NCBI GenBank assembly: GCA_021613535.1 | Contig: CP075497.1 | Location: forward strand, 7,812,001-7,876,000 | Length of the DNA: 64,000 bases | DNA from: Adineta vaga | Taxonomy: Eukaryota; Animalia; Rotifera | Reading direction: 5' to 3' | In this document: positions 14,882-27,477 of the stretch, piece by piece | How the letters are laid out: each line of letters begins with the position of its first letter | Numbering within the stretch: position 1 is the stretch's first letter | Notes under the pieces: generated by a model | Seen by the model: only the letters and a program-made list of their open reading frames with translations | What the model was told of the DNA's origin: nothing | The model's database searches: none | Made by a program: the position numbers and the translations under genes

Positions 14882-17409
14882 CTATGAACAATCTAATTGA
14901 TCCATTTCATCGCAATCATCTATAGAAAAGGAAAAAAGTAAAAAGAAAATTTGAATCAAGAAAAGATCTGATTACATTCAGGAAATAGTGATGAACGACA
15001 AGATGAAGTTGCTGAATCGGCTGATAGACGTTTTTGAGTCTACAAACAGGAAGAGAACTTGAAGACATTTCATTTCAAAATCTTCTTACTGGGAAATTAT
15101 TTGAATTTAAATGATCGATAAGAAGATTGACTTCACGATGAATTTCTCCTGGATAGTTTTTCTTAAGTAATCGTTCTAAAGTCTTTGAAAATAAACACAA
15201 GATAAATCATTCGTTTATCAATGTACATATCCAAATTTCTTACGGATAATAATTTAGTTGAATTAAATATTGGTAATAAGATTTCTGTATCTTTTTCATT
15301 GAAAAGATTCCGTAATAATGATAACAAACATATTAGAAATTGTTTATCCGTAGATTGTTCAAGAAAAGAATAAATACGTTCAATTGTTAATCCTAATTCG
15401 AAACTTAATTACATTTTTATGGAAAAATTTCATGTTTTACCATTTAAAATATCTTGTTTGGTTTTTAGTGTTGATAAATATGAAAGATTTCGTAAAGCCC
15501 ATATACTATTGATTGATAATTCCTGATCTGAATGTGTTAAAAACGTGAAAAGTATATTAAGAATACCACCATGAAGTAATCTCTAGATGAAAATAAAATT
15601 TCATTTTACTATTTCAAAATATCTAACTAAAACAATTTTACTGTTCGACATATGGAAAATTCCAAAACACTATTACTAATAACGGAGGAAGCAATTTTAA
15701 CTAAAGATAGATCACACGATTTAATAGCATCCAGTAAAATATCACAAATTGTATCATTGAATGTTGTACGAAGTTGATGAACACTACGAGATAAACCATG
15801 AAATAAACGAAGTGAAGCGATTTGTAATGATAAATTCGAGGAACGATAACATTCAATTGCTGTTGTGATTAAATCTATAAGATAAATGAAATTAACATTC
15901 CTTCTCAATAGATTTACATGTCTAATTTTATCTATTTAAATATTTTCGACAACCTCAAGGAACTTTTATACCATAGTAAATCTTACTTTCTTGATCTGCA
16001 ATTCGTTTTTTAATATCTTCATGATGTGATGATAAAACAGCTAATAATGTTAAAGCTGATGATCGTATCTGTTCGAGAATAGTTTCATCAAGGTTTTCAT
16101 TGAAAAGTTTATTTGGTGTAAATAAATAACGAAATAATTGACTTAACAATTGTTCTGTATAGATCGCTGTATGATGTAATGAACTATTTCCATTTAGTAA
16201 ATAAATCAATGTATCTAGACATTCAATATACAAATAAACAGACTGATTTAGATTTGATTTTGTACATAAATGAATCAATGTTGTTAAAGCTTGATGTGAA
16301 ACATAGGGATCATCACATGTCAATACTTTCGTTTTACAGAGATTAACGAAAAATTTCGATGCATAGTACGATATAATCATTGATCGATTGATTTTCTTTA
16401 ATAAACTCGATATGATTTCACATAAAGTTCTATTTGTTTCAGATGAGATTGTTGAATATACTTGTTGAGCAATTAAAGAGTTTTCATAAGATATTGAACA
16501 GAGAAATTTCAAACAAACTTCAATGAGATATTCATTACGAAGACTAAAAGAAAAAGAGAAAATGAATTGTGAAATTTTTGTATATCTATATCATTCATAC
16601 GTGACTAGATGAATCCCTTTATGATAGAAGATATTTTCTATAAGTAGATTCATAATAATTTCAACGAAATCTTTGTTCATAATTTGTTCTTGTCGTTGAT
16701 TATTCACACATGCACAACAAAGAATTTCTATAATTGAGATTTGTGTTGATTTCGAAATGGATAATAATCGATGAAGAATATCGAGTGATTGAGAATTTTC
16801 AAAGAGAATATCAACAGGAGATAATTTTGAATATGATAAAGATTTGTCAGTAGGAATAATGGTTGATATCGGTTCGAATTTATTTTGATCGCATAAAAGT
16901 ATAAATGGTATAGGAGTTAAATAAGGATTCGAAAATTTTTTTGAAAGAAAAAATGAACGAAGACAACGAAGAGATGATTCATAAAAGAGTTTCGATTGTT
17001 GTTCATTTGTTAAGAGAAATAAAATTTGTTCAATAAATCCTAATTCAATTAAACGTTTAAGTAAATTTTTATCATTGGATTTAGCAAATGATGATATACA
17101 ATCGAAAATTTGAATAAGAATATCAGTATCGTTTGATGAAGAATATTCTTTTAGTAAATTATAAAGAACATCTAATGTTCCAACACGATAAAATGTAGTT
17201 TTACATCGTTTTGAACCGAGAATTAAGTTTTTGAACTAAATAGAAAAGAAACAAACGATATTGATTTTTTGAATCTTTTTTGCATTTCAAAAATTAAATA
17301 TTACTTCAATCAGTGCATGAAGTCGTTCTTGTCGATCGATATTATCAGTAAATTTTTGAAGTAAAATTTCTTCTTGTTGAGTAGGTAAATCATCATCATA
17401 CGACGGCAT
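14882..17409 (-). CDS. ARMC8: Armadillo repeat-containing protein 8 (GID5/CTLH complex subunit)-like, about 9 exons
   Basis: Motifs ALIEFKNLILGSKRCK, CMKFLCSISYENSLIA, LAVLSSHHEDIKKRI and ASLRLFHGLSRSVHQLRTTFND...ASSVISNSVLEFS resemble ARMC8. The 3' end was inferred by manual splicing and is less certain. Confidence 0.85.
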
Positions 17410-18898
17410 GCTTGATTTATTTTGATATTATTTCGAAAATAAACCAATATAATATATCAATGACACAAAAAAAGGTCAAAATCGTTGATTGGTTGAAAGA
17501 AATAACTAATGAAAATTTATTGATTTATTCTCTCTAGAGAATTAATGAACTATTTGCATTAATAATTTGCGTTATTTGTAATAATAAATAAATGAGTATA
17601 GTTAGGACATTTCAAGAAAGGTTTAACAAGATTTTCTCTCGAAATTTTTTTAATGCATTGATGAGTTAGCATTTTCAATTAAAGAAACGATATTGATTAG
17701 TTAATTGATCGTATCAAAAAAATATATTCGTTAACTGTTCATTTTATTTAGTAAGTTGTTTCCAGATACGATATTCGTTCAACGTCGCTATTGAAAAAGA
17801 TCGGTTGCTTGGACACAAGCTGTCTATCACTAGAGGGTAAGAAAAGAAAGAGAAAGCGAGAGAGAGAGAGAGCGAGTGCGAGAAAAAGAAAGTAAAAGAA
17901 GAAATATAAATGCCTAAAGGAAGCTCGATTCGCATTTGTTCTTTTACTTTCTCTCCCTCTCTCTGTCTTCTTGTTAACCCTTTTCTTCTTTCTCGTCGCC
18001 GTTGTTGTGCACATTGTACTATGCCCTGTATGATGTAGACGACATGCATTACTCATCGTATGCACACATCCATCTAACCGTTTTTCTTTTTTTTCTCTCT
18101 CTCTTTCCATTGTTTATTCTCACATACATATAGACATACTAGTTGTAGCAACAAAACGATTCGAATGTTGTTAGTTTATTTTCTTGTTCTCTTTCTTATA
18201 TCAAAGAACTATCCATTCAATAAATAGTAGACTCTATTTTTGATGAATCATACTTTTCAAGGCTAGAGACAGGAAAAAAAAAGTTATCATTCTTTTTTCT
18301 TCTCTTATAGGTCACAACTGTGCTATCTTTTTATGTATCGGGCATGTTTGGCAGCTCGTGTGACGTTGACCAATCGAGCTCAATTGTTATTGTCGTTGTC
18401 TATTAACAGGTTATTTTTCATATTTAAATCTTTTCTTATATACATGTAGATATATATTCTATCGTTTTCGTTTTGTTTTTTTAGCTTCGTTATCAATTTT
18501 TGTTGTTAAAAACATATTAAACGTGCTCGAATATTTGATCATGTGTGCTGTCGTCTACATTCCTTTTTGATACCGTTTCCTGTTGTATTTTCTCATCCTA
18601 AACGTAAGAATTTCTCTAAATTAGATGAAAAGAAATGAAACAATAATAACAAACAAAATGATTTTGTAATTGGATTTTCGTTCTTCTTTAGAAAACCAAA
18701 TATTCTTCAAATTGTTCTCAAATTAATTCGTTTTTCTTGTACTACAAAATTCTAATAATCCACGTGTTTTGTTTTCTGTTCATTTTGCAACGCATTTGTT
18801 CACCACATCTAGACAATTCATCTTGTTATCTTCATCATATACATATTATTCACACATATCTATAGACAGTAGTTCAATTTTGTTTCTTTTTTATCAAA

Positions 18899-21800
18899 AT
18901 GACGCAAGCAACAGTAAGTCAAATTTTTCATTCTTTGTCCTTTCTTTTCCTTTTTCTTTCATTTTCGATAGTTAACGAAAAACGTAAACTTGTTATAGGA
19001 TTTCTCTTTTTCCCTATTTCATTCTTATATATCCACATATAAGCACATGTATTGTTCGATTTTTTGCTCTAAATTTCGGATGAGAATAGAAAAACGTTTT
19101 TTTTTGTCAACACAATCAATAGATTTATTGATGTTGACGATGATGCCGGTGTTATCATGAAAATTGTTGACAACGAAGGTTTATCCTAAGTAGTATTAAT
19201 ATTTTTCCTGAGAGAACATTTCTTCGTTATTATTTGATTATCGATCAGAATTCTCCGACTATCAATGGAGCATGAGGCAGTTGAAATTCACTTATATGGC
19301 TATAATACATATATTACATCCGATTTTAACACCAAGGAAATTCTATTTTGTATACAAAATGCCAATATCATCGGTGATACTAAGAGTTATGGCCAATACG
19401 ACCTTGTTAACAGCGACGATATCTATCTTCCACCATTGTTTCTAGTTGATCAAGAAGACACTGTTGTCTTTCATCCATATAATCATCATGTGAGAAGAAG
19501 AAGAAGAAGAAAACGAGAAGACAAAGCTCTTGTCCTTCGAATAAGAGTATAGTTAGAATAGAGGATAGATGGTAAGACATCAGACAAGCCAAAAAAACGA
19601 GAACAAGAAAATAGACAGAGACGATAGAGTAATATAAAAAAGACGAAGAAGAAGAAAAAGGGAAAAAGAAGAAGAAGAAGAAGAAGAAGAAGGCAACAAC
19701 AAAATATTTGTTTGTTATACATAATTTTCTTTTTTGTTCAAGGTAAATGTCGGCAGTAGTGTCGTCAAAAATCTCAATCCTAATGCTCAACATTTTTCGA
19801 CGAGCGATTACAACAACGGAACAGTACCGGCCGGATCGATAGTACCCAGTGGTATGTTTTGATTAGTCTAATTATTATGATTACTGTTTGAAAGAATGTA
19901 TTGATACAAATCGTTTTTTAATAGATGATTTATACAGAGAGCTTATTGATAATGGAACGGGATCTTATCTTCGACAACATCAATCTCATATGTATCCAGG
20001 TAAATTTTAATTTTCTTATTTCATTTTATTGATAATGATATTAATATGTATTTGTCTGTATCTATTGATAATTCAGGTTTTTATTATGAGGGTAAGAGAT
20101 AACATATACATTTGCGTGTGTATGTGTGGAAACATTGCGAAGGAAGATAAATGCAAAGGGGAGCAGTCATTCAGTTACTTTTTGTTCTTTACCATGCTTC
20201 TTTTTCTCGGTTATGTGTCCCGCTACTCATTTCTCAATCTTTCTCTCTCCCTCGCGTTCTCCACACACGAGTGCGCGAGAATACGTAGCTTCTTCTCCTC
20301 CTGATTGCCAACACACATACACACTATTTGCTTTGAACAACACATATACATACTTATTTTCTCTCTCTCTCTCTCTTCTTCATTGAACGCATTTATGATG
20401 TGTATATTCATCTAACTATCTTATTTTCATCTTTCTTATTGTTCTAGTCGATCCATCGTCAATTGACGCTCTTCAACAACATCATCAACAACAACAACAA
20501 ACAGAAGCGAACTTTGCCGTTCCTGAACATGCGGCCATGCTCGAGACAATGGATCATCAACAAACAACAATGTTAAATCCAAATCATCTTCATCATCCTC
20601 AATCACATATACATCAGCCAATGCCAGGTAAAATATAACTAATAACAATAATATAGGAAAGAAATTATAGGTGATGCAATCTTAATGATAGAGACCATCG
20701 ATCATCATTCTTCGTATATTAAGGCGTGTATATATATATATATATATATGCAATGAGCCTGTCAGCATACTCTTCTTCGTTATCACTTTAGTTCAATACA
20801 AAAAGAGAAAAAAAACCGCAGAGAAAAAGAAAGCATTTAATTGTTGTTGAACGGGAGCCAAAATGATGAACGGTTTATACATAGCGGATAACCGTCGTCG
20901 GTTTGTGTTCGCGCGGACGAGAATGAGAGAGAAGAACAGAACATATACACCGTCTGGTTTGAATTGCAAGCTACGTGCACATACATACACACATACACAC
21001 ATACACACTTCGAATTGTTTTGCTTCGTCGTTCTTCTTTTCTTCTTCTTTCTCTCTCTCTCTCATGCGTATGTACGTATGTGTATAACAATCGAAAGAGA
21101 ACATCACCGAAAGAGAACGCGTACGAGAGAGATAGTGTCGGCACCATGTCTTCCTTCACTTGACGCAAGTTTTTTTTGTATATGTGCATATTTTAAAGAA
21201 ATAACAACTATAAAGATGATCTATGAACGAAGACGTGTTGTTAATCAGCAATCAGGTTTCTTTATTTATTAAATTGAAATAAAATTTTTATTTAATTTAT
21301 TTATTTTCAAAATAATTTAGACGACGAACAAGCTCATCAATTACAATTGACACCAGAACAATTACGACAACACTTAAGAAAACAACTTGAATATTATTTT
21401 TCTAGAGAAAATATGATTAATGATAGATATTTAAAGTCACAAATGGATGCAGAAGAATATGTACCCATATTTGTAATTGCTAATTTTAAACTTGTTAAAC
21501 GTCTTACACATGATTTACAATTAATAACTGATGTTCTAAAAGGTAGTTTATTTTCGAAAACAAAAGCAATCATATATTTATGATGATGATGATTTTGTTT
21601 TGTGTTTAGAATTGCCATCAGTTGAAGTCGATCCTGAAGATAAAAAAGTTCGTTCAGCTGATGAAAAAAAATATCGTCCAACTGGTAAACGTTGTATTAT
21701 TATTTTACGTGATGTACCATTAGATGCAGCCGAAAATGAAGTATCAGAATTATTTTTAAATGAACATTGTCCTGTACCAGCAGTTGCTTGTGAAAGAGCG

Positions 21801-24800
21801 TTAGAATCAGGTACATCCGATTGTTGGTATGTGACATTCAACAGCGAAGATGATGCACAAAATGCATTTTTATATTTAACAAGAGAAAATGTTTCAATAC
21901 GTGGCCAAAAAGTCTTGGTATGAGAACTCTTAGTTAATTCATATAGAACGTTTTTGTTTTGTTTTAAGGCTCGAATGAAAACACGTCTATGGCAAAAACC
22001 ATCATCTGTACCAAGTACAAATCCTTCTACACCGGTTTCCCCACCTATGACAACAACAAACAGTGGTGCAACGAGTCCACCACCTCCACTACAACAACAA
22101 CCGATTCAAACGTATCCAAATTCAACATTTATTTCACAGCAACAAATTCAACCTCCTCTACCACAGTACTCATCTCATGCTCAGCAACAGCAACAATTTA
22201 ATCAACCACAAATTCCTCCACAACAACAAGCACAACAGCAACATGCTCCTGTCTATATGCCAGCATCAACAAATCCTCATTCGAATCAAACACAAATTTT
22301 AGGAAATCTTCAATCACAAACAAATAACTATCGTCATCCAATACATCCATCGGTTGTTCCATCTTCGCAACCACATGTTGCAGCTCAATATTCAAATACA
22401 AATCAAACACAACATCCACCTTCAATTGATCAAACACAAGCCTTACAACATTTACGTATGGGTTATCCAAATTATGGCGCTAATCCACAATTTGATCGTG
22501 CTACATGGGCAACAACACATTCACAAGGTGTTCAAGCAACTCCAACGGCACTTTCATTTGCTACAACTGCTCAACAAGCGAACATGGCTTCCTATCCAAC
22601 ATCAATTCATCAACAACCACAATTTATCACGAATGTAAGCAAGAACAAATGAATAAAAAATTTATTATTATCTTTTTCATACTTATGATTTTCTAGTCAA
22701 CTGTATATCCTGGTGGAAATCTATGGTATATGTCTTCTCCATATCAAACAGCTGACCAATATCCAACTATGGTACGTTCGATAAATAGTTTCTTCCTATA
22801 AAATCGATACAAATCAGATATGAAGATGACAAAAAACGGGCCTAATCTTTTTTTTTATAGATTGTGCCTCTCAATTCTCTAATCAGAGTACGAAAAAAAC
22901 ATTTTTTTAAAATACTATTTATCATTACTTTTATATCTCTTGTGGATGTTTTGATGTGCGTGCACACCCCAAACCATATTCTTCGCTAAGTTCGAATTCG
23001 TTGTTTTTGTTTTAAAACAAACATTTACGGAAAGTCTTATAGTAGAATTCAAGAGATCCTCTTCCCTTCGTTTTTTCCTCACTATGTATTTGCATGAAAT
23101 ATATACATACTTGTTATTCATCACGAGGATCTCTTTATTGTGTTTAGAAGAGTTCGAGTAAGAAAAATACGAAATTAGAAGATTTAAGAACGAAAAAAAT
23201 ATAGTTGATCAAAATAGTTAGCATGTAGCTTCATTTTTCTGTTGTTTTGACGCTCGTATCAAGACTATCGTAATAATCTACTTCCTTGATGACTGAGATT
23301 TTGTTTTCTCTAGGCTTATAATGGTGCCAACAAGCAAAAAGCTCGAATAACACGTGACTATCCACCAACAACGAAATCACGGTAAGTTTCAATGAAATAA
23401 ATTTTCATTTAATTTGATCAACTTCATACTTTTAGTAATTCTGCGAAACCGCCTAATACACGTAATTCTCGTCATGATGGTCTTCAAATAAATAATGAAC
23501 ATTCAAATGAATTACTCGATTATTGTCAACACAGTACTCCACAGTTCGTATATTTTGTTGATTTCATGGATTACATATGAACATAACAATTTCTTAATCT
23601 ATGTTTAGTTCCGAAGGTAGTAGTTCACCAGTCCCTCGTGCCGAAGCAGTAATTAATCGTACTAACGAATCAATAACACAACCAGTATCGAATACATCAT
23701 TACAACATGTTCAGACGTATCCTCCAAATACAATTGAAACATCCGGTAATGATAATATTGATCATTATCATCATCAACCAACAAATGATGTGTAAGAAAC
23801 AGAAATAATTCTATTTATTGGAAAATATCTCGTTGTTGTTGCCATTATCTGATTATAGTTTATATAATAATGCGAACAGTCACGTCCAACATTCAGGATC
23901 ATCTGATATCAGTTCATCCCAAGATCAAACTAATGATTCACAAAATTTAGGCAAATTCTCAAATCAATCCTCTTATTCAACAGTAAGATTTTGGTTCGAA
24001 AAAGAGGAACTAAATCCTTATGAAATATCTTATATTCTAGTCATCATCCGTGGATAATTCAAAGATAAATTATCAACCATTAGAACAACGAAAACCATCC
24101 ACAATTAATCAAGATCAACAACAACATTCTTCAGTTAATGAAAATCAACAACAACAACAGCAGCAGCAATCAAATAAAAAAGCTAATCAGCAACAATCAT
24201 CAATCCGTCCATTGATGCCACGTGAAAATCGATCAGCACAAAATTCCAATCGGCCATCATCGTCATCGCAACAAGGTCGATCTCAACAACAACAACAACA
24301 GTCTCGAATGAATTCAAATTCATCAACACCATTGAGTGTTTCAATACCTAAAGTATCATCAGCTACTTATTACAATCAAACATCATCTTCCTCTCCACAA
24401 TCACCAAATTCAAATCAAAAGTAAGTCTTATATTTTAAGAATGCTATATTCAATAAGAAGTATTTTCTATATTAGAGCTCAACAACAGCAAGCTAATGAT
24501 AATAATGGTCCACGTACTTATGCTGATATGCTTAAAGTCAAACAAACTCCACAACAACAAACTGAATCAACAAAATCTCCGACCAATGAAACTAATGATC
24601 TATCTTCATCTCGTGCTCAATCGCCTATAAACAATACTACTAATAATACTAATCCTAAAACTGATTCTGTTTCCGTAAATCCCGAAACAAATGGACCATT
24701 ATCATCATCATCATCCGATTTATCTCCATCGAATCAAACGGAACCACCTGGAGCTTCTCAATCATTAACTATAAATGATTCAAATGCTGCTCGTCGTAAT

Positions 24801-25196
24801 AGTTCAGCATCAGATCATCCACAACAACAACAACAACAACAACATTCATCATCACCATCACATCAACAGTATAATAATTCACGAGGTCGCGGTGGTGGTC
24901 GTGGAGGCGGTGGTGGAGTTAACTATCGGTATTCAAATGAACGTCGTTCTGGTTCAAGTAATAGTTTAAATCGCGGCGGCGGTGGTCGAGGCGGTGGTCG
25001 TCGTTCAGTAAATAACAATGCGGGTCCGAATGGACCACCATCCTATCAACCACGTGGCAGTGGTAGTCGTGGTAATGGACGATTTTTTGATCGGCCACGT
25101 GGTGGAGGTGGCAACTATCACAATAGTAATCAAACGGTGCACCGTTTCACCGGCAACACAGGCAATGTTGAACCACAGGTTCACTATGCCGAATAA
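18899..25196 (+). CDS. LARP4: La-related protein 4 (LARP4/4B family): PAM2, La motif, RRM-like domain, Q/S/N-rich tail with RGG region
   Basis: In-phase exons MTQAT|VNVGSSVVKNLNPNAQHF (PAM2). La motif LRKQLEYYFSRENMINDRYLKSQMD. RRM KRCIIILRDVP...WYVTFNSEDDAQNAF. PRTYADML motif and RGRGGG repeats lie near the C-terminus. Confidence 0.92.
19265..19489 (+). CDS. Possible alternative coding exon of LARP4
   Basis: An open, complex-composition 75-codon stretch (MEHEAVEIHLYGYNTYITSDF...VFHPYNHH) ends at a phase-0 GTGAGA donor, compatible with the phase-0 acceptor at 19742. Confidence 0.5.
19666..19692. repeat. (AAG)n microsatellite in LARP4 intron
   Basis: About nine perfect AAG units seen directly in the sequence. 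Confidence 0.9.
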
Positions 25197-26295
25197 ATAT
25201 TAAAAAAAACACTACATGATTTGTATCTTCTCGAGTTGTTCGTCTTTCGTTGCTTATTTATTTGTAGTTCCTGTCTCTTGAAATGAACCCAAGAAAAGCA
25301 AAAATAGACAAAAAAAAACAAGAAAAAATGTCAGAAAAAAATACTAAAAGAAAACGTTTGTGTGTGTGTGTGTGTTTGTTCCACTTTCTTTTTCTCGCGT
25401 ATCGTCTACTTTTTTGTAACGATTTAAAAAAAACCAAAAAAAATTTCTTTCTTCTTTGTTTCTGAACCCTCTCTCTGTATGCGTGTGTATGTGTGTTTGG
25501 TGCTCTTGATTTCTTTTGCTTTTTGTTTTCTCTTTTCGTTTTGTCTTCCGGAGATAAAAGTTTTTGTCTTTGTCTTTTTGGATTTCACCGCTCAACCCTC
25601 TCTTTTTTTTTCGGACTCGCACACAAGAAAACAAAACTTTATAGTCTCCCGGTGTGTGCTTTTTCTTTTTGTTTCTTTCTTTTCGAAACTCTTCATCTTA
25701 TATGTTTCTTTTCTTTTGTCAACACAAAAAAACTACATGGTTGTTTTGCCTCTCTTCTAATTTTTTGTTTTGTTCAGTTGGCCGATTTCTGTATCTGTGT
25801 GTGTCTGTACGCGTCAAAGGTTCTTCTTCTTCTTCTTTTTTCCTTTGTTTTTGTTTGTTTATGTCCAGAGAAAAAATGATGGTGATGTTTGCAGGCGTGA
25901 CCAAAGTTGATTGAGAACGAGAGAGAAAGAGAAAAGAAAAAAAATGGTAAGATCGATTTTTTTTATACAATTAATAAAAGATTCATGACTTTCTCTCTCG
26001 TGGTAAATATTTTGTATTTCGTTCTATTGCTTCAATTGCTAATCGAACACGATTTATTGGTGTAGATTTAATTATATTAATGATTGGTTGCGATAATTTC
26101 GGGTTTTCATTTGACAGATGAACAAAAGATGGAATCTGAAATCAATCATCAATCTATTTTTAGTAAAAAAAGATTGTTATTGTTCGTCGGATAGATAGAT
26201 GATTGTCTACTCTTGATTATATCAACACTCAAAAATTGCTCATTGGACGTTATTGAGATTATATTCTTTACAGACAACGATGTGATAATAGTGTT

Positions 26296-27144
26296 TTAGA
26301 TAGAAATCTTCGTATAACTTACTAGAGATTCTTCTTTCTTTTTCGCTAATGTAAATGACCAACTTAGATTTGATTTATGTACAAATTTTGCTTCATTATC
26401 ACCCGTTGCATTATCAATAGCTTTGATTTCGATATCTGACAAGGATTGTTCTACATGTATTTGATCTGTTTCGGTTTGTCGATGATGATGTTCATTAGGT
26501 AACCAAGAAATATGAAATTTATTTTTATCTTTCCATTCATTGATATTTTCTTGAATATTTATCATCGAAAGAGAAATCTTTTCCTGATTTTCCGATGGAA
26601 TAATCTTGGAAAATAATTGCATACTTTCAATAAATATTTTCATGTATTCTTGTTCGATCGTATCCATTTGTAAACATAATTGTTGATAATTTGATTGAAA
26701 TAATGAAAAATCTTTTGAAAATTTTCTCGATAGTTTTGTTTTATAGGAAATTATGGATGAATTTTGTTCTTTAAAATCAATAAATAGATCTAATTGTTTA
26801 CGAGAGTGTTTTAACTGAGAACGAATCGATTTAGTCGAATGATTCTTTGACCAAATCAAACATTTGATTGTTAAACATTCAAGTTCATACAAAAGTTTGG
26901 TAATCGTTTCTAATCGCATCTTTAACTGTGAAGTAAATTGAGATAAATAAACTGTTTTAGTATTATACATAAGATGTTTATTGAACTTTGATAAAAGTCT
27001 TTCGATTTGTTCATGTTCCTCAATAAGAATGTTCTCAAATATCAAAGAACTTTTACGTATTAGTTTCATCATTTGAATAGATACATTGAAACGCTCAATT
27101 AAACGTGATGGATGTGATGTAAGACAACATTGACAAGAGGACAT
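26296..27144 (-). CDS. Helical/coiled-coil protein, possibly a degenerate PACSIN-type F-BAR domain; true start uncertain (possibly 27344)
   Basis: 282-codon ORF in AT-rich DNA. The segment YQQLCLQMDTIEQEYMKIFIESM...NIQENINEWKDKNKFHISWLP echoes the end of PACSIN F-BAR domains. No SH3 domain is seen. Confidence 0.5.
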   Translation of the reverse strand: MSSCQCCLTSHPSRLIERFNVSIQMMKLIRKSSLIFENILIEEHEQIERLLSKFNKHLMYNTKTVYLSQFTSQLKMRLETITKLLYELECLTIKCLIWSKNHSTKSIRSQLKHSRKQLDLFIDFKEQNSSIISYKTKLSRKFSKDFSLFQSNYQQLCLQMDTIEQEYMKIFIESMQLFSKIIPSENQEKISLSMINIQENINEWKDKNKFHISWLPNEHHHRQTETDQIHVEQSLSDIEIKAIDNATGDNEAKFVHKSNLSWSFTLAKKKEESLVSYTKISI

Positions 27145-27477
27145 TGGAAAAAAACAAACGATGTGTATATAAATACAGAAACAAATGAAAAGTTATATTG
27201 AAACAATACGCGCATTATTAAATATACTAATCTATCGAAATAATGATAACAATCATTAAATGATATGAAAGAATTCGATTGATTTCTTTGGTATTTTTCA
27301 CACTTCGATGTTGTAGACAATGCAACCATGAGTACTGGACTCATTCATTCTTTGCTTATTTAAACGATGTCACTGGTTGTTAAGCGTCGCTTAGGATTTT
27401 ATTGGTTGAAAAGAATGATCAAATAGCATTTTATTTTCAAATATTCTTCTCTTTTGTTATTTTTTTATTTTGTGGTT

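Noticed and set aside
17744-18110. ORFs of 101-120 aa between ARMC8 and LARP4
   Set aside because: They are translations of GA/CT-rich low-complexity promoter sequence, with no domain or coherent splicing.
20029-21272. Many overlapping short ORFs in LARP4 introns
   Set aside because: They derive from CA/CT/GA simple repeats. Only the 20447-20626 exon fits the LARP4 frame.
25283-25970. F/C/K-rich ORFs downstream of LARP4
   Set aside because: T-rich 3' UTR sequence with TG repeats; compositional artefacts.
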